A stretch of 64,000 bases of DNA from Macrostomum lignano. Its lineage: Eukaryota. The notes beneath the pieces are model-generated. The model was given only the letters and a program-made list of their open reading frames with translations, was not told where the DNA came from and did no database searches. Positions 60,891 through 64,000 of the stretch are shown here, in pieces; position 1 is the stretch's first letter, and each line of letters opens with the position of its first letter. The position numbers and the translations under genes are program-made. Location of the stretch: assembly GCA_002269645.1 (NCBI GenBank), contig NIVC01000953.1, positions 62,001-126,000 of the forward strand, written 5' to 3'.

Positions 60891-61494
60891 TGCATCACCC
60901 CAAATTATCCCGAACAAGCGAACTCCCTGTGCAAGCGGTGGTCAGACAAGACTGATAAGAGATCACAGGGGCTTAAAGAGACTCGGACAGACAGCCATTC
61001 GCGATGACATCCCCAAGAAATATGCAGAAAAACAAATCCCTCACACGCACACACAAATGCCAATAAGTGCTGTGTATGCATGACTTCTTATTGGCCTTTC
61101 AAATCCCCCCTACATTATATATAATTCTCCCACAAATATTATCATTACCCTTCCTTGGCCCGTGGGAATCTATAGCTCCCATTCCCAATGCCTGCAATTA
61201 TGAACTGAAGTGATTTTTGGGATTAAGTTGGGGCGGGGTTTAAAATCCCTATAACTGAGGGGGGTATGCAGTTGCGGTATGCAGGCCTTGTACAAATAAG
61301 CAATTGCCGAACCTTGCTGATGGCTCAGGGTGCACGGATTTTTCTGCTTGTATTTCAGCCGCCTCCCATGGTACGACAGAACAGATAAACTTCATCTGTA
61401 AATGCCCCCCTGACTGCTGCCCTGATGCGCCCGAGTTTCATATGGTCGCTCCTCTCTGTCCTCTTCTCGTCTATCTACTGCTCTCTTTGCTCTT

Positions 61495-61511
61495 GACTCT
61501 CTCTCTCTCTA

Positions 61512-61542
<31 letters not shown>

Positions 61543-62150
61543 TTCCCTCTCTCTCTCTCTTGACTCTCGCTATCTCACCTTTGACTCTCTCGCCATCTCT
61601 CTCCGGACTCTCTCGCTATCTCACCTTTGACTCTCTCGCCATCTCTCTCCGGATTCTCTCGCTATCTCACCTTTGACTCTCTCGCCATCTCTCTCCGGAT
61701 TCTCTTGCTATCTCATCTTTGACTCTCTCACCATCTCACCTTTGACTCTCTCGCCATCTCACCCTTTGATTCTCCCGCCATCTCACCCTTGTCTACCTCG
61801 CCATCTCACCTTTGACTCTCTCGCCATCTCACCCTTTGATTCTCCCGCCATCTCACCCTTGACTACCTCGCCATCTCACCTTTGACTCTCTCGCAATCTC
61901 ACCTCTGACTCTCTCACCATCTCACCTTTGACTCTCTCACCATCTCACCTTTTGACTCTCTCACCATCTCACCTTTGACTCTCTCACCATCTCACCCTTT
62001 GACTCTCTCACCATCTCACCTTTTGACTCTCTCACCATCTCACCTTTGACTATCTCACCATCTCACCCTTTGACTCTCTCACCATCTCACCTTTTGACTC
62101 TCTCACCATCTCACCCTTTGATTCTCCCGCCATCTCACCTTTGACTACCT
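61495..62150. repeat. (CT)n run followed by 21-22 bp minisatellite CTCTCGCCATCTCACCTTTGA
   Basis: Direct. Confidence 0.9.
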
Positions 62151-62917
62151 CGCCCAGTCTCAATATTCCCTATCTTAAAGACCAAACTTTAAAAAAGCGT
62201 CAAAAAAGTCCCGTATTGATAACAATCCATGGTTGTAATTCGCAGTTATTGGTGATAAGGCAGTGAAATTATCGGTCGCACACTTATAGTATTTAGATTC
62301 AATCTGTACTGTCTGTACGCTATAATTTGGTCTCCATGCCAATTGACCGGCGTCTTGATCTTTTTTTTAGCTTCAGGGGGGGGGGGGTAGTATGAAGCCA
62401 TGCGGCTGGTGACACAGCGTGAGGCCTGTTTAATTCCCCTTGGTTCCCGCTCTGTGCTATCGGGCGCATAATTTCTTAGATTCGGTGAAAGTTTTTCTAT
62501 ACATAGAAGAATAAATTAGCCCAATTCTTGTCTCAAGTATAGATAGATTATAGATAGACAGACTGCTCACTGTGAGTAGTCAATTATCGACTTAGGGGGG
62601 GGGGGCGGGGGGTTTGGTGTGGGTAAATGCATGGAGAGCAACAGCCTCAGTGCCTCAAGGCGATGTTGGATGCTGTGCGAGAGGCCTGAGGGAAACAGGG
62701 AAACGAGAGCTGAAGTCTCTGAGAAGACCTTGGCAACCATGGATCCATGCAGCAGCTCAGTGTGAAGTCTCTAAATAGAGATTTTTTGAGAGGCAGTCTG
62801 TTAGTTTAATTGTATATTTTTAATTGTTTTTTTTTGTCTTTCGAGTGAATTGATTGGAGTGAAGTTTGTACTCTGCTGAGATGCTCTATTAGGGGCATTG
62901 CTCTGGCTTGGGTATTT

Positions 62918-63360
62918 TTAATAACTATGGGTATTTCTATATCTATGAATATTTTCAATGGGTATTTCTGTATCTATGGGTATTTCTATATCTATGGGTA
63001 TTCCTGTATCTATGGGTATTTTTGTATCTATGGGTATTTTTGTATCTATGGGATTTCTGTATCTATGGGTATTTCTGTATCTATATGGGTTTTTGTACAT
63101 CTATGGGTATTTCTGTATCTATGGGTATTTCCGTATCTATGGGTATTTCTGTATCTATGGGTATTTCTGTATCTATGGGATTTCTGTATCTATGGGTATT
63201 TCTGTATCTATGGGTATTTCCGTATCTATGGGTATTTCTGTATCTATGGGTATTTCTGTATCTATGGGATTTCTGTATCTATGGGTATTTCTGTATCTAT
63301 GAGTATTTCTGGGTATTCTTATCTACCAAATTTTCGTTGTGGGTATTCGGGTATTTCTAT
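62918..63360. repeat. 18-bp minisatellite ATCTATGGGTATTTCTGT
   Basis: Direct tandem repetition. Confidence 0.93.
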
Positions 63361-64000
63361 GTGCACACGATATCTCAGGTAAAATTGAATATGAAACAGA
63401 GTAATAGCTCGGGCTATTATAGAATTCAGTTAAAACAAATTTGAATCTTTTTAAACTTGCGGATTTATCATAATATACAAACGCAGCCTAGCTAAAACTA
63501 TTTAAGATATAATTTGATAAGTATAAATTAGCTCCAAAATGAGACAGAAAGCTTCATTTATGCCAAACAGTACTGCAAACGGAGATGCTATGCATGCTTC
63601 TGCGTGTGGCGCAGATTTCTTATACATAGGCCCTGTCTGACAACTCTTAGTCTTCTCACATTTGATAACATATTGTTAGGTGACAGGTGATGATTGCACA
63701 ACAACTGCTGCTTGCCCTCGGGGCGTGAATAAAATGTGCCACGCGGTTGCCTGCTTTGATGCTGATGGGGGGGAGTAGTCTAACCCTGATTTGGCCTATA
63801 CCTGGAAGTCCTAAGGTAACATGCTTACATGGTAAACTAGCTACTATAGAAGAATTAAACAGGTAGATGTTAGGGAGGCCATACAAGCGCTGCTCTCTTG
63901 GCTCTGCTTTTAGAAGAAGCAAAGCAGAAGAAGCAGCAAAATTTCTCTAGTCTTTAGTTTAGTATTTTTTCTACAATGTAACAAGGAAATATATTAAGAA

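Overview
Eukaryotic (metazoan invertebrate) genomic DNA with GT-AG introns and an extreme density of 14-38 bp minisatellites; a free-living flatworm such as Macrostomum is my guess, not demonstrated. All recognisable host protein genes are on the + strand. (1) The 3' part of a multi-domain arginine kinase gene built from three 1080-nt phase-1/phase-1 exons with identical protein sequence plus a terminal exon, giving at least 4 head-to-tail kinase domains (2276-12430; 5' end is upstream of the window). (2) A 5-exon ankyrin-repeat gene (22288-31554). (3) RABL6 (34563-39186) with an antisense intronic tRNA-Leu(CAG). (4) YKT6 (41358-45412). Mobile DNA: a full-length 8.0-kb CACTA/EnSpm transposon (transposase plus spliced BEN-like accessory gene), a non-autonomous CACTA-type element, two copies of a hAT-type MITE with 8-bp TSDs, three Tc1/mariner remnants, a CORE-SINE, and a 5'-truncated RNase H-bearing LINE (LOA/I group) flanked by a 330-bp direct duplication. 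Most long ORFs in the supplied track past 29 kb are tandem-repeat artefacts. The most striking items are the exon-modular multi-domain phosphagen kinase and the 330-bp LINE target-site duplication. All alignments and counts were done by eye.
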